The notes under the pieces were generated by a model. It was not told the origin of the DNA. It ran no database searches and saw only the letters and a list, made by a program, of their open reading frames with translations. DNA of 24,000 nt, taken from the NCBI RefSeq assembly GCF_030407165.1, contig NZ_CP129111.1, positions 1,043,674 to 1,067,673 on the forward strand, written 5' to 3'. The translations under genes and the position numbers were made by a program. Of this stretch, positions 16,676 through 24,000 are shown piece after piece. The DNA is from Fontisubflavum oceani (GTDB lineage Bacteria > Pseudomonadota > Alphaproteobacteria > Rhodobacterales > Rhodobacteraceae). The stretch's first letter is position 1. Every line of letters begins with the position of its first letter.

Positions 16676-17405
16676 TGGGCCTCTGGTTTGATGCGATAAT
16701 GGTAGTGTCCCACAGGCTGGAAGCCGAGGGAAGTGTAGAGCGCGTTGGCCGGCAGGTTTGCGCGCGTCACCAAGAGCGTCAGATGGCTGGCGCCTTGGGC
16801 TTTGGCCCAGATCGCCATCGCGCGCATCATATAGCGGCCCAGGCCTTTCTGGCGATGCTCGCCCAGGGTTTCGAGCGCATGAAGCATGGCGATCTTGCCA
16901 TCCATCGCGACAAAGCCGGTGCCGGCAGGGTGGTCATCGATCCGTCCGAAGATTGTGGTTTTGGCACCTGTGACGCGGTGCATGACGGCGAGGCGTTCAG
17001 GGCCGATGCCACCGGCGGCCCAGATCTCCGTCTGCGCGGCCAGAGGCGGCCAGACCTCGAAACAGGTGATCGGCGGCAGGGGTGTTGTATCAAGCGCGTC
17101 GATCGGCGCGGCGTAGAGGGTAACGGGGTCTTTGATTTGGTAAGAAAGCGTCTCTAACAGGCGGTCTAGAGCCGTTTCCCCATCCCGGATCATGAAGAGG
17201 GGGCGTGTCCCAGATCGCGCATCGCGATCTCGGCTTGCGCCACGTCTACTAGGTCTGCCGCGCTTCCCGCGAGAGTTGCCGCCGAAACGCGGCTGCCACC
17301 GCCTTGGCCGTCGCGGATCGTCCAAGGCCCATGCTGCATCACCTTCGCCGCTGGCCAGGTGCGTTCAACGACGGGATAGAGATCAGACGCGGTGGGGAGG
17401 GTCAT
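16672..17405 (-). pseudogene. GNAT family N-acetyltransferase, split as sequenced by a 1-nt deletion in a C5 run (G5 on the plus strand, 17199..17203)
   Basis: The N-terminal part is ORF 17190..17405 (MTLPTASDLYPVVERTWPAAKVMQHGPWTIRDGQGGGSRVSAAT...AMRDLGHAPSS*). The acetyltransferase core is in ORF 16672..17325 (..PLFMIRDGETALD...QKGLGRYMMRAMAIWAKAQGASHLTLLVTRANLPANALYTSLGF). One extra C would give a continuous HAPLFMIRDG. As sequenced, the upstream stop and the ATG of MIRDGE form an ATGA overlap, so the core might still be translated. Confidence 0.7.
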
Positions 17406-18130
17406 TGCGCCTCTGGGAAAAGCGCGACGAGCTTGCCGATCACCGCATCGACCGCCGCGCCATTGGTGCTGCGAACGACGATGTTCGCGCCATAGACGCC
17501 ATCTTTGAGATAGGGGTAGGAGCCAATCTCGACCTCGGGATGCGCTGCGGCCAAATCGCCCAGGGGTCCGGCGATATCGCCCTCCCCGCGTGGAATACGC
17601 AGGGTTTGCGAAAGAAGCGGCGCGCCGCCGGTCAGCGTCGGCAGGATCGAGGCGACCATGGTTTGGAACACGGTCGGCACACCGGCCATCACATGGACAT
17701 TGTGCAAGGTGAAGCCGGGCGCGGCCGAGACCGGGTTCTCAATCAGCGAGGCGCCATCGGGAATGCGCGCCATGCGCAGGCGTGCCTCGTTCAGTTCCGA
17801 GCCCTGGCGGTCGTAATGCGCCTGAAGGATCGCGCGGGCATCGTCGCGGATGCTGATCGGCACAGCAAAGGCGTCTGCGATGGCCTCGGCGGTGATATCA
17901 TCATGGGTCGGGCCGATGCCGCCGGAGGTGAAGACCGTGTCATGGCTCGCGCTCAGCGCTTGCACCGCGCCGACAATCGCCTCTGCGTCGTCCGAAACCA
18001 CGCGCACCTCGGCCAGGCGGATGCCGTGTTTGGTCAACTCGCCCGCGAGGTAGTGCATATTTGCATCCCGGGTCCGGCCCGAGAGGATCTCGTCGCCGAT
18101 CACCAACATGGCGGCGGTGGGGTTGGGCAT
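17402..18130 (-). CDS. CinA-like / MoCF-biosynthesis (MoaB/MogA-like molybdopterin-binding) domain protein
   Basis: ORF 17402..18181. The start is set at ATG 18130 (MPNPTAAMLVIGDEILSGRTRDANMHYL...TSGGIGPTHDDIT) behind the SD AAGGAG. Its stop overlaps the GNAT start (ATGA). Confidence 0.8.
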   Translation of the reverse strand: MPNPTAAMLVIGDEILSGRTRDANMHYLAGELTKHGIRLAEVRVVSDDAEAIVGAVQALSASHDTVFTSGGIGPTHDDITAEAIADAFAVPISIRDDARAILQAHYDRQGSELNEARLRMARIPDGASLIENPVSAAPGFTLHNVHVMAGVPTVFQTMVASILPTLTGGAPLLSQTLRIPRGEGDIAGPLGDLAAAHPEVEIGSYPYLKDGVYGANIVVRSTNGAAVDAVIGKLVALFPEAQ

Positions 18131-18179
18131 GGTCGTTGGCTCCTTGCCAGGGCTTTGGCTCGGGTATAGGGGCAGCGCC

Positions 18180-18895
18180 ATGCGCTTTCAAACCCCCTGG
18201 TCCCGGCGACCCTCCTCAAGCGATACAAACGCTTTCTCGCGGACATCCGATTGGAGGATGGGCGGGAGGTCACAGCGCATTGCCCGAACCCAGGTTCGAT
18301 GATGGGTTTGAAAGAGCCCGGTATGCGGATTTGGGTGGAGCCGAATGAGGACCCGCGCAAGAAGCTGAAATATGGCTGGCGGCTAACTGAATTGCCGGAT
18401 GCGACCTGGGTTGGAATCGACACGAATCTGCCGAACAGTGTCGTTTCTGAGGCTTTGGCGGCAGGGGCGATTGAAGAACTGGCGCGCTATCCGCAAATCA
18501 CGCCGGAGGTCAAATACGGGCAGAACAGCCGGGTGGATTTCTTGCTCTCCGGTGATGGCCTGCCGGAGGCTTACGTTGAGGTGAAGAATGTCACCTTGCG
18601 GAGAGACGGGGATTGGGCCGAGTTTCCCGATAGCGTGACGGCGCGGGGCGCCAAGCATTTGGATGAATTGTCGCAGATGGTCCGTGACGGGAAACGGGCG
18701 GTGATGCTCTATCTGTTGCAGCGGACCGATTGCAGGCGGTTGAAAATGGCCGCCGATCTCGACCCGGGGTATGCGGCTGCATTTGACGCGGCGCGGGCGG
18801 CGGGGGTGGAGATGATCTGCTACGGCACGGATATTGGTCCCGAGGGTGTTGAGATTGGTCAGTCGATCCCGGTCGACACAAGACCACAGATCTGA
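18180..18895 (+). pseudogene. sfsA: Sugar fermentation stimulation protein SfsA, N-terminus out of frame as sequenced (1-nt deletion in the C5 run 18193..18197)
   Basis: ATG 18180 encodes MRFQTP in frame 0. The conserved continuation [38 protein letters not shown] is in frame 2 and has no ATG/GTG/TTG before TTG 18251. E. coli SfsA starts [23 protein letters not shown], as recalled. One extra C restores the frame. Otherwise a truncated product from TTG 18251 would lack the conserved first strand. Confidence 0.75.
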
Positions 18896-18964
18896 CGCGC
18901 CATCTCTGGAAAATCCCCGCTTCATGACATAAGTTCCGCGGAAGACAGCACCGGAGCACTGGTT

Positions 18965-19777
18965 TTGGACGATTTCCGCGGCCGTTTGACGAAAGACGGC
19001 ATTCGCATTCATGGACCCGAAGACTTCGCTGGCATGCATAAGGCTGGTGGATTGGCGGCGCGCATCTTGGACGAGATCGCGCCGATGGTGGTGCCGGGTG
19101 TGACCACTGGCGCGTTGGATGCGCGGATCACCGAGATGGTGGACGAGGCCGGTGCGACCTCGGCCACGATTGGTTATCGCGGCTATCAGCATGCGAGCTG
19201 CATCAGCGTGAACCATGTAGTGTGTCACGGGATTCCGGGTTCGAAGGTTTTGAAAGACGGCGATATTCTGAATATCGATGTCACGGTCGTGGTTGATGGT
19301 TGGTTTGGCGACACAAGCCGGATGTTTGTGGCGGGCAAGCTTAACCGCCGGGCCGAACGGTTGATCCAGGTCACCCATGATGCGCTGTTCAAGGGCATTG
19401 AGGCGGTGAAGCCGGGCAACACCTTTGGCGATATCGGTCACGCGATTCAGGCCTATGCCGAGGGGCATCGGATGTCGATCGTGCGGGATTTCTGCGGACA
19501 CGGGCTGGGGCAGGTGTTTCATGCGCCGCCGAATGTGCTGCATTATGGGCGGGCGGGGACCGGGCCGGTTCTGGAAGAAGGCATGTTCTTCACAATCGAG
19601 CCGATGGTGAATCTGGGGCGGCCCGAGACCAAGGTTCTGGCCGATGATTGGACGGCTGTGACCCGCGACAAATCCTTGAGTGCGCAGTTTGAGCATTCGA
19701 TTGGCGTGACCGCGACCGGGTGCGAGATTTTCACCTTGTCGCCAGGCAATTTGTTTCACCCGACCTACGCGGTTTGA
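18965..19777 (+). CDS. map: Type I methionine aminopeptidase
   Basis: 270 aa with a TTG start. Metal-ligand motifs are present (HGIPG, LNIDVT, DGWFGDTSRMF, GHGLG, FTIEPM, EHSIGVT). Confidence 0.92.
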   Translation: MDDFRGRLTKDGIRIHGPEDFAGMHKAGGLAARILDEIAPMVVPGVTTGALDARITEMVDEAGATSATIGYRGYQHASCISVNHVVCHGIPGSKVLKDGDILNIDVTVVVDGWFGDTSRMFVAGKLNRRAERLIQVTHDALFKGIEAVKPGNTFGDIGHAIQAYAEGHRMSIVRDFCGHGLGQVFHAPPNVLHYGRAGTGPVLEEGMFFTIEPMVNLGRPETKVLADDWTAVTRDKSLSAQFEHSIGVTATGCEIFTLSPGNLFHPTYAV

Positions 19778-19806
19778 CCCGTCTGTTCATGTGGCGATTT
19801 GAGGAA

Positions 19807-19855
19807 CGAGGGGCCAGCCCCTCGCACTCCCCGGGATATTTTTAAAGCAGAGAAG
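19807..19855 (+). repeat. Intergenic repeat copy 3: 8-bp GC hairpin (CGAGGGGC ca GCCCCTCG) plus a diverged core GGATATTTTTAAAGCAGAGAAG
   Basis: The core at 19834..19855 matches copies 1 and 2 at 19/22. The 9-nt spacing and C-rich linker (cactCCCCG) resemble copy 1 (acCCCCCGA). It lies between the convergent map (plus) and PBP-OmpA (minus) 3' ends. Confidence 0.7.
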
Positions 19856-19863
19856 GGGCGGGA

Positions 19864-21425
19864 CTATTCTAGCCAGACCTCGACACGGCGATTGACGGCG
19901 CGGCCCCAATCGGTGTCGTCGCAGGCCATGGGCATGGCTTCGCCAAAGGCACCGACGCGGAGTTGCAGCCGGTTGAGATCAGCGGCGGAGGCGGCCTCGA
20001 TAATCGCGGTGCGGACGGTCTCAGCCCGGCCTCGCGAGAGGCGAAGATTGGTGGCGGCGTTGCCGTCGCCATCGGAGAAGCCGACGAAAACCAGGGTTTG
20101 GCCGTCGAATTCGCCCTGCTCGATGGCGCGGGCCAGGCGGGAGACGGAGCTACGCGACTGCGGATCCAAGTCTGTGGTACCGGGGGCGAAGCGGAAGGTT
20201 GGGGAGAGGCGCTGGCTGCTGGCCACACGGGCGGCGAGGCGTTGCAGGTCGTCGAGTGTGATTTCCGCGCCCGCCGCTTGGATGGCATTGGCCAGGCGCG
20301 AGCCTTGGGCTGCGGCGGGGTTGCGGGCAGGGATTGGTTCACGAAGCCGGCACGGCGGATCACACGCTCGGCGGTTTGGCTTTCGAAGAAGGCGAGGAAC
20401 TCGCGGACCAGTTGCGGCAGGCGGCGTGCAGGCGTGTAGACAAAGAGCGGCGCGGTGAGCGGGTAGTCTTCGGCCTTGAGGCTTTCATGGGTTGCGGTCT
20501 GATTGAAGCCGCAGGGCCCGCCAAGCGCCAGAGCGCGGGCGTTGTCGACGGAGGCGAAAGAGGTCACGCCAATCGCGTAGGGGTCGCGGGCGACCGCACT
20601 GGCCAGGTCGCCGGGGTCGGTGTGGCGGATGATGCCGGGACCGAGATTGAGGCCTTCAGGCAGAAGGACGCGGTTGATGAAGTCTTGCGCGAGACCGGAG
20701 CTGTCTTCCATCAAATGGAGGGCGATGGAGGCGTCGTCGCCGCCGAGATCGGCCCAGTTGGTGATCTCACCTGCGAAGACCTGGGCAAGATTGGGGATGG
20801 TGATCTCACGAAGTGTGTTTTGCGGTGCGGTCACGGCGACCAACCCATCGATGGCCAGCACACGCGCGCGTTGTGACAGGGTGATATCGCCTTGATCGGC
20901 GAGCCGGGCGGCGTCGCGTTCGGCCTCGGAGGGTTGGCGGAGTGCGAGGGCCAGATCGGCATCGCGGTTCAAGAGCGCCTCGAACCCGGTATCGGTGGTG
21001 CCGGGGATCAAGGTAAAGCGCGCTGCGATGCTGTTGTCGGAGGCGCGCGTCAGGGTAAAGACCGAGCGGCCCTCGGGCTGTAGGGCACGGGAGACGCGCA
21101 TACCCCGGTCACGGGCGAAAGCCTCAATGAGTGCGGGCATCAGCGTGTCCGCCATCACGCGGGCGCCCGCAAATCGCGCTTCGGCGATGAAGCTTTCCAG
21201 ATCGGGGCAACCGGGACCGAGGCAGGAGACGCCTTGGGCATTGACGGTCAAAGGACCATAGATCGTGTCGACCCTGTAGAACTCCCCATCAAAGCCGATA
21301 AGCGTGCCGTCTAGTTCAATACTGCCGTCGAGCGAGCGCAGGGTGACGTCCTGCGCAATGGCAGGGGACAGGGGCAAGATAGCAAAAAGGGCGGCTGTGA
21401 TGGCCGCCCTCAGCATGGATCGCAT
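19864..21425 (-). pseudogene. Phosphate-binding-protein-like (PstS/PBP type 2) and OmpA-like fusion protein, frameshifted as sequenced near 20331..20340
   Basis: ORF 19869..21425 has a signal peptide (MRSMLRAAITAALFAILPLSPAIAQ) and a PBP-like domain up to ..ERVIRRAGFVNQ. It then turns into low-complexity P/A/S/R text. The other frame, ending in ORF 19864..20226, reads IPARNPAAAQGSRLANAIQAAGAEITLDDLQRLAARVASSQRLSPTFRFAPGTTDLD...LVFVGFSDGDG...NRRVEVWLE, an OmpA_C-type domain. A 1-nt indel within GAACCAATCC joins them. Confidence 0.75.
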
Positions 21426-21446
21426 GGGTACCTGCGCCGGGTTAGG

Positions 21447-22562
21447 TCAATTCGAGGCGACTCTCAGGTCCTGCAGCAGATTTTGCAACACCAGATAGTC
21501 GCCCACTGCGTCGCAGGCGGGAAGTGTGAAGGTCAATTCCGTCACCGCGACCGCCCCGTCGAGATCGGTTTGCAGCGTGCGGGCCAGGGTGTCTTGGCCG
21601 CAATTGCGGGTGTTGATCGGGGCCTCAATCGAGAGGCGCACGGCGCCTTCACGTGTCAGCGTGTCGCGCGGGAAGGTATAGACTTGCGCCATCAACGGGG
21701 CGTCAACTGCATCATTGCCCAGCTGGGTGACGAACCCGCCCTCACCGGCCTGAGCGCGCGCGGGTGTGCCAGCGTTTTCCTGCCAGATATGGCCGGTCTC
21801 GCCATAATCGGCCCCAAACTCCATGGCGTGCAGCTCAAGATCGCGGGTGTCTTCCCAGGCGACGGCGACGCGGTCGAACTCCGCCAGGTCGGGGACAACT
21901 GCAAGCGCGGTTTCGCTGCTGCCGTCCACGCGGATCGTGAAGAATGCGGGCGTTTCGAACGCCGGAATATCGGCGGCGAGAAGGCCCATCGCGTCGGTTT
22001 GCTCGGTCAGTGTGAGGCCGGAATGCTCGATAACCACGCGCGCATTGGGTTGGCAGGGATTCATGATGTCCAGCGCGACCATCGCGGCGGGTGCCGCCGT
22101 GGCGCTGACTGAGAGGCCACAGGGCAGGCCGAACTGGCTGACCTCGTTGCCGTCCGGCGCGGCCATGTTCAGATCGGGCGTCGCGGCCATCCGATCCGAC
22201 AGATTGCCGGGTTGCGCGAGGTCCGGCTGGGTCAGCGTGAAATCGGGTGTTTCTGGTAGGTCCTGCGCATCCGTCGGCGCGGGATCTGTCACCGCGGCGG
22301 GGATCGTCTCTGGTGCCTCGGCAATGGGTGCGGGCAGGGTCGGCGCGGGGGCCAGTGCGGCAGTGGCGATCGGTGGTTCTGCCTGATCTTGGCCAGGCTC
22401 TGTCGTCTCAGTGACTGCGTTGGTAACGGCGTCGGGGGTCGATGGCGGCGTGCTGCCGCCATTGCCAAATCCGGGAATGAGCCCGGCATTCACGGCGAAC
22501 ATACCGCCGGAGACGGTCATCAGGCCCACGGCGGCCAGGCGAACAATTTGACGTTTCGGCAT
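21447..22562 (-). CDS. Hypothetical membrane-anchored/periplasmic protein: N-terminal TM, Pro/Ala/Thr-rich linker, Cys-containing C-terminal domain of unknown function
   Basis: 371 aa. It has one hydrophobic segment (IVRLAAVGLMTVSGGMFAVNAGL), a linker of roughly 110 aa rich in P/A/T/D, and then a globular region of roughly 230 aa with 4 Cys. I recognise no family. It ends 21 nt upstream of the PBP-OmpA gene on the same strand. Confidence 0.65.
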   Translation of the reverse strand: MPKRQIVRLAAVGLMTVSGGMFAVNAGLIPGFGNGGSTPPSTPDAVTNAVTETTEPGQDQAEPPIATAALAPAPTLPAPIAEAPETIPAAVTDPAPTDAQDLPETPDFTLTQPDLAQPGNLSDRMAATPDLNMAAPDGNEVSQFGLPCGLSVSATAAPAAMVALDIMNPCQPNARVVIEHSGLTLTEQTDAMGLLAADIPAFETPAFFTIRVDGSSETALAVVPDLAEFDRVAVAWEDTRDLELHAMEFGADYGETGHIWQENAGTPARAQAGEGGFVTQLGNDAVDAPLMAQVYTFPRDTLTREGAVRLSIEAPINTRNCGQDTLARTLQTDLDGAVAVTELTFTLPACDAVGDYLVLQNLLQDLRVASN

Positions 22563-22716
22563 CTCAGACTCCGTCCCTCTTGCTGCGGCGGAGACTGTTC
22601 ACGGAATAGGGCGAATTTGGGGTCGCATTGGCGGAATTTCGTGAAAATCCCGCCGCTCACCTGTTATTGCGCTCGATTGTTGCGAAATTCTCAACAACGC
22701 CGAGGCAGATTGTGGC

Positions 22717-22740
22717 GAAAATGGGGCCTTTGGGGCGCCC
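22717..22740 (-). terminator. Putative rho-independent terminator after secA
   Basis: The minus strand reads GGGCGCC CCAAA GGCCCC then ATTTTC, directly after the secA TGA at 22746..22748. That gives a 6-bp stem with one bulged C, a 5-nt loop and a short T-tract. It is modest in strength. Confidence 0.45.
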
Positions 22741-22745
22741 ACCCG

Positions 22746-24000
22746 TCAGGTGAGCCGCCCGTGGCAGTGTTTGAATTTCTTGCCGGACCCGCAGGGGCAT
22801 GGATCGTTGCGGCCCGGATTGCCCCAGGTGCTTGGGTCATCTTCGACAAAACCATTGGCCGCTGGTGCCGCCTCGCTGGCCCCGGCTGCGGCCTCGGTCG
22901 CTTGGGTTGCGGCCTGTTGCTGGGCCTGCTGCTGCGCTTGGAGCTGTTTGATCAGCTGTTCTTGCTGCTCCGGCGTCAGTGGTTGGATCTTAGCCAAGCG
23001 CTCAGTCACATCGGCGCGCAAGCTGTCGAGCATGCCTTCGAAGAGTTGGAAGCTTTCGGTCTTATATTCGTTCAGCGGGTCGCGCTGCGCATAGCCGCGG
23101 AACCCGACGACCGAGCGCAGATGTTCCAGCGTCAGCAAGTGTTCACGCCATTTGCCGTCGATCGTCTGCAACAGCACCTGCTTTTCGATATTGCGCATTT
23201 GTTCCGGGCCGAACTGCACCGCCTTGCTGGCCATGTATTCATCAGCCGAGCGTTCGAGGCGTTCGCGGATGTCTTCATCGTCGACGCCTTCTTCATCGGC
23301 CCATTCGGCGACGGGCGCATCAACGCCCAGTTTCGCGCGAACCTCTTCTTGCAAGCCTTCCGTATCCCATTGATCGGCATAGGATTTTGGCGGCATATGG
23401 ATATGAACCAGGTCGTCAATCACTTGATGGCGCATGTCGCGGGTGACCTCGCCGATCTCTTCGGCCCCCATGATTTCCATGCGTTGGCCGAAGATCGCTT
23501 TCCGCTGATCATTCATCACATCGTCGAATTTCAGGAGCTGTTTGCGGATGTCGAAGTTGCGGCCTTCGACCTTCGCTTGCGCCTTTTCGAGCGATTTGTT
23601 GACCCAGGGGTGCACGATGGCCTCGCCCTCTTTCATGCCGAGGGTCGAGAGCATTTTGTCGAGCCGGTCGGAGCCGAAGATCCGCATCAGATCGTCTTCC
23701 AGGCTCAGGAAGAAGGAGGAGCGACCGGGGTCGCCCTGACGGCCGGAGCGACCGCGGAGTTGGTTGTCGATCCGGCGGCTCTCATGACGCTCGGTGGCCA
23801 GAACATAGAGCCCGCCCGCAGCTTTCACGGCCTCTTCATCGGCCTCATGCTCGGCCTCGATCTTGGCGCGGACCTCATCGGGGTTCGCCTCGGGATCGGC
23901 GGCGATGGCCTCCATCACTTTGAACTCGACATTGCCGCCCAGTTTGATGTCGGTGCCGCGCCCTGCCATGTTGGTCGCGATGGTGATCGCGCCGAGCTTG
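22746..24000 (-). CDS. secA: Preprotein translocase ATPase SecA, C-terminal ~418 codons (5' end beyond the right edge of the window)
   Basis: The reading frame is open to the window edge. It carries SecA motifs ([61 protein letters not shown]) and the C-terminal zinc finger ([19 protein letters not shown]). Confidence 0.95.
   Translation of the reverse strand, partial: KLGAITIATNMAGRGTDIKLGGNVEFKVMEAIAADPEANPDEVRAKIEAEHEADEEAVKAAGGLYVLATERHESRRIDNQLRGRSGRQGDPGRSSFFLSLEDDLMRIFGSDRLDKMLSTLGMKEGEAIVHPWVNKSLEKAQAKVEGRNFDIRKQLLKFDDVMNDQRKAIFGQRMEIMGAEEIGEVTRDMRHQVIDDLVHIHMPPKSYADQWDTEGLQEEVRAKLGVDAPVAEWADEEGVDDEDIRERLERSADEYMASKAVQFGPEQMRNIEKQVLLQTIDGKWREHLLTLEHLRSVVGFRGYAQRDPLNEYKTESFQLFEGMLDSLRADVTERLAKIQPLTPEQQEQLIKQLQAQQQAQQQAATQATEAAAGASEAAPAANGFVEDDPSTWGNPGRNDPCPCGSGKKFKHCHGRLT

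Noticed and set aside
18934-18943. 10-bp perfect palindrome TTCCGCGGAA upstream of map
   Set aside because: Around twenty 10-bp perfect palindromes are expected by chance in 24 kb, and nothing else supports it.
18383-19759. 458-aa minus-strand ORF spanning sfsA and map
   Set aside because: It crosses two unrelated, well-supported plus-strand genes and their intergenic region. Its composition is typical of shadow ORFs.
19869-20330. C-terminal ~150 aa of the 518-aa ORF (SLPATPPQPKARAWPMPSKRR...)
   Set aside because: This is out-of-frame read-through after a frameshift. The alternative frame over the same DNA encodes a proper OmpA-like domain.
1-24000. Search by eye for tRNA/rRNA genes, CRISPR arrays, IS elements, integrases, toxin-antitoxin pairs or defence-system genes
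   Set aside because: None found. No direct-repeat/spacer arrays, no T-loop GGTTCGAATCC-type motifs in intergenic DNA, and no transposase- or recombinase-like ORFs. The absence is by inspection only and is not a computed result.

Overview
High-GC bacterial chromosomal window. The proteins look alphaproteobacterial or Rhodobacterales-like, but that is an inference from their flavour, not a search result.

**Layout**
- **1-2.9 kb, minus strand:** housekeeping genes: queG (partial), a GST, mtgA and a GFA-family gene.
- **2.9-12.7 kb:** a phenylacetate (paa) catabolic cluster built as two divergent units. The minus unit is paaI-paaK-TetR regulator. The plus unit is paaZ-paaX-paaABCDE followed by a SAM-dependent methyltransferase. 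The beta-oxidation-like genes paaF/G/H/J are not in this window.
- **12.8-15.1 kb:** arsC and a class II aldolase (minus), divergent from a LysR regulator.
- **15.2-18.1 kb:** a four-gene minus-strand operon with 4-nt start/stop overlaps: CinA-like, GNAT, AhpD-like, OmpA-like.
- **18.2-24 kb:** sfsA and map (plus), then a minus-strand run of secA (partial), a 371-aa anchored hypothetical and a PstS-like/OmpA-like fusion protein.

**Structure beyond the genes**
- A perfect 20-bp AT-rich inverted repeat with a PaaX-box-like core lies in front of paaA.
- A symmetric palindromic divergent-promoter region lies between paaI and paaZ.
- A three-copy intergenic repeat family (GC hairpin plus a 22-nt core) is present. 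One copy sits inside the paaA-paaB junction and supplies the paaB Shine-Dalgarno.
- Four single-nucleotide frameshifts fall within about 6 kb (LysR, GNAT, SfsA, PBP-OmpA). This pattern points to sequence error as much as to real pseudogenes.

I found no tRNA, rRNA, CRISPR array, transposase or integrase. I also see no convincing novel multi-gene system such as a defence system. The most interesting items are regulatory or repeat elements and two uncharacterised envelope-associated operons.
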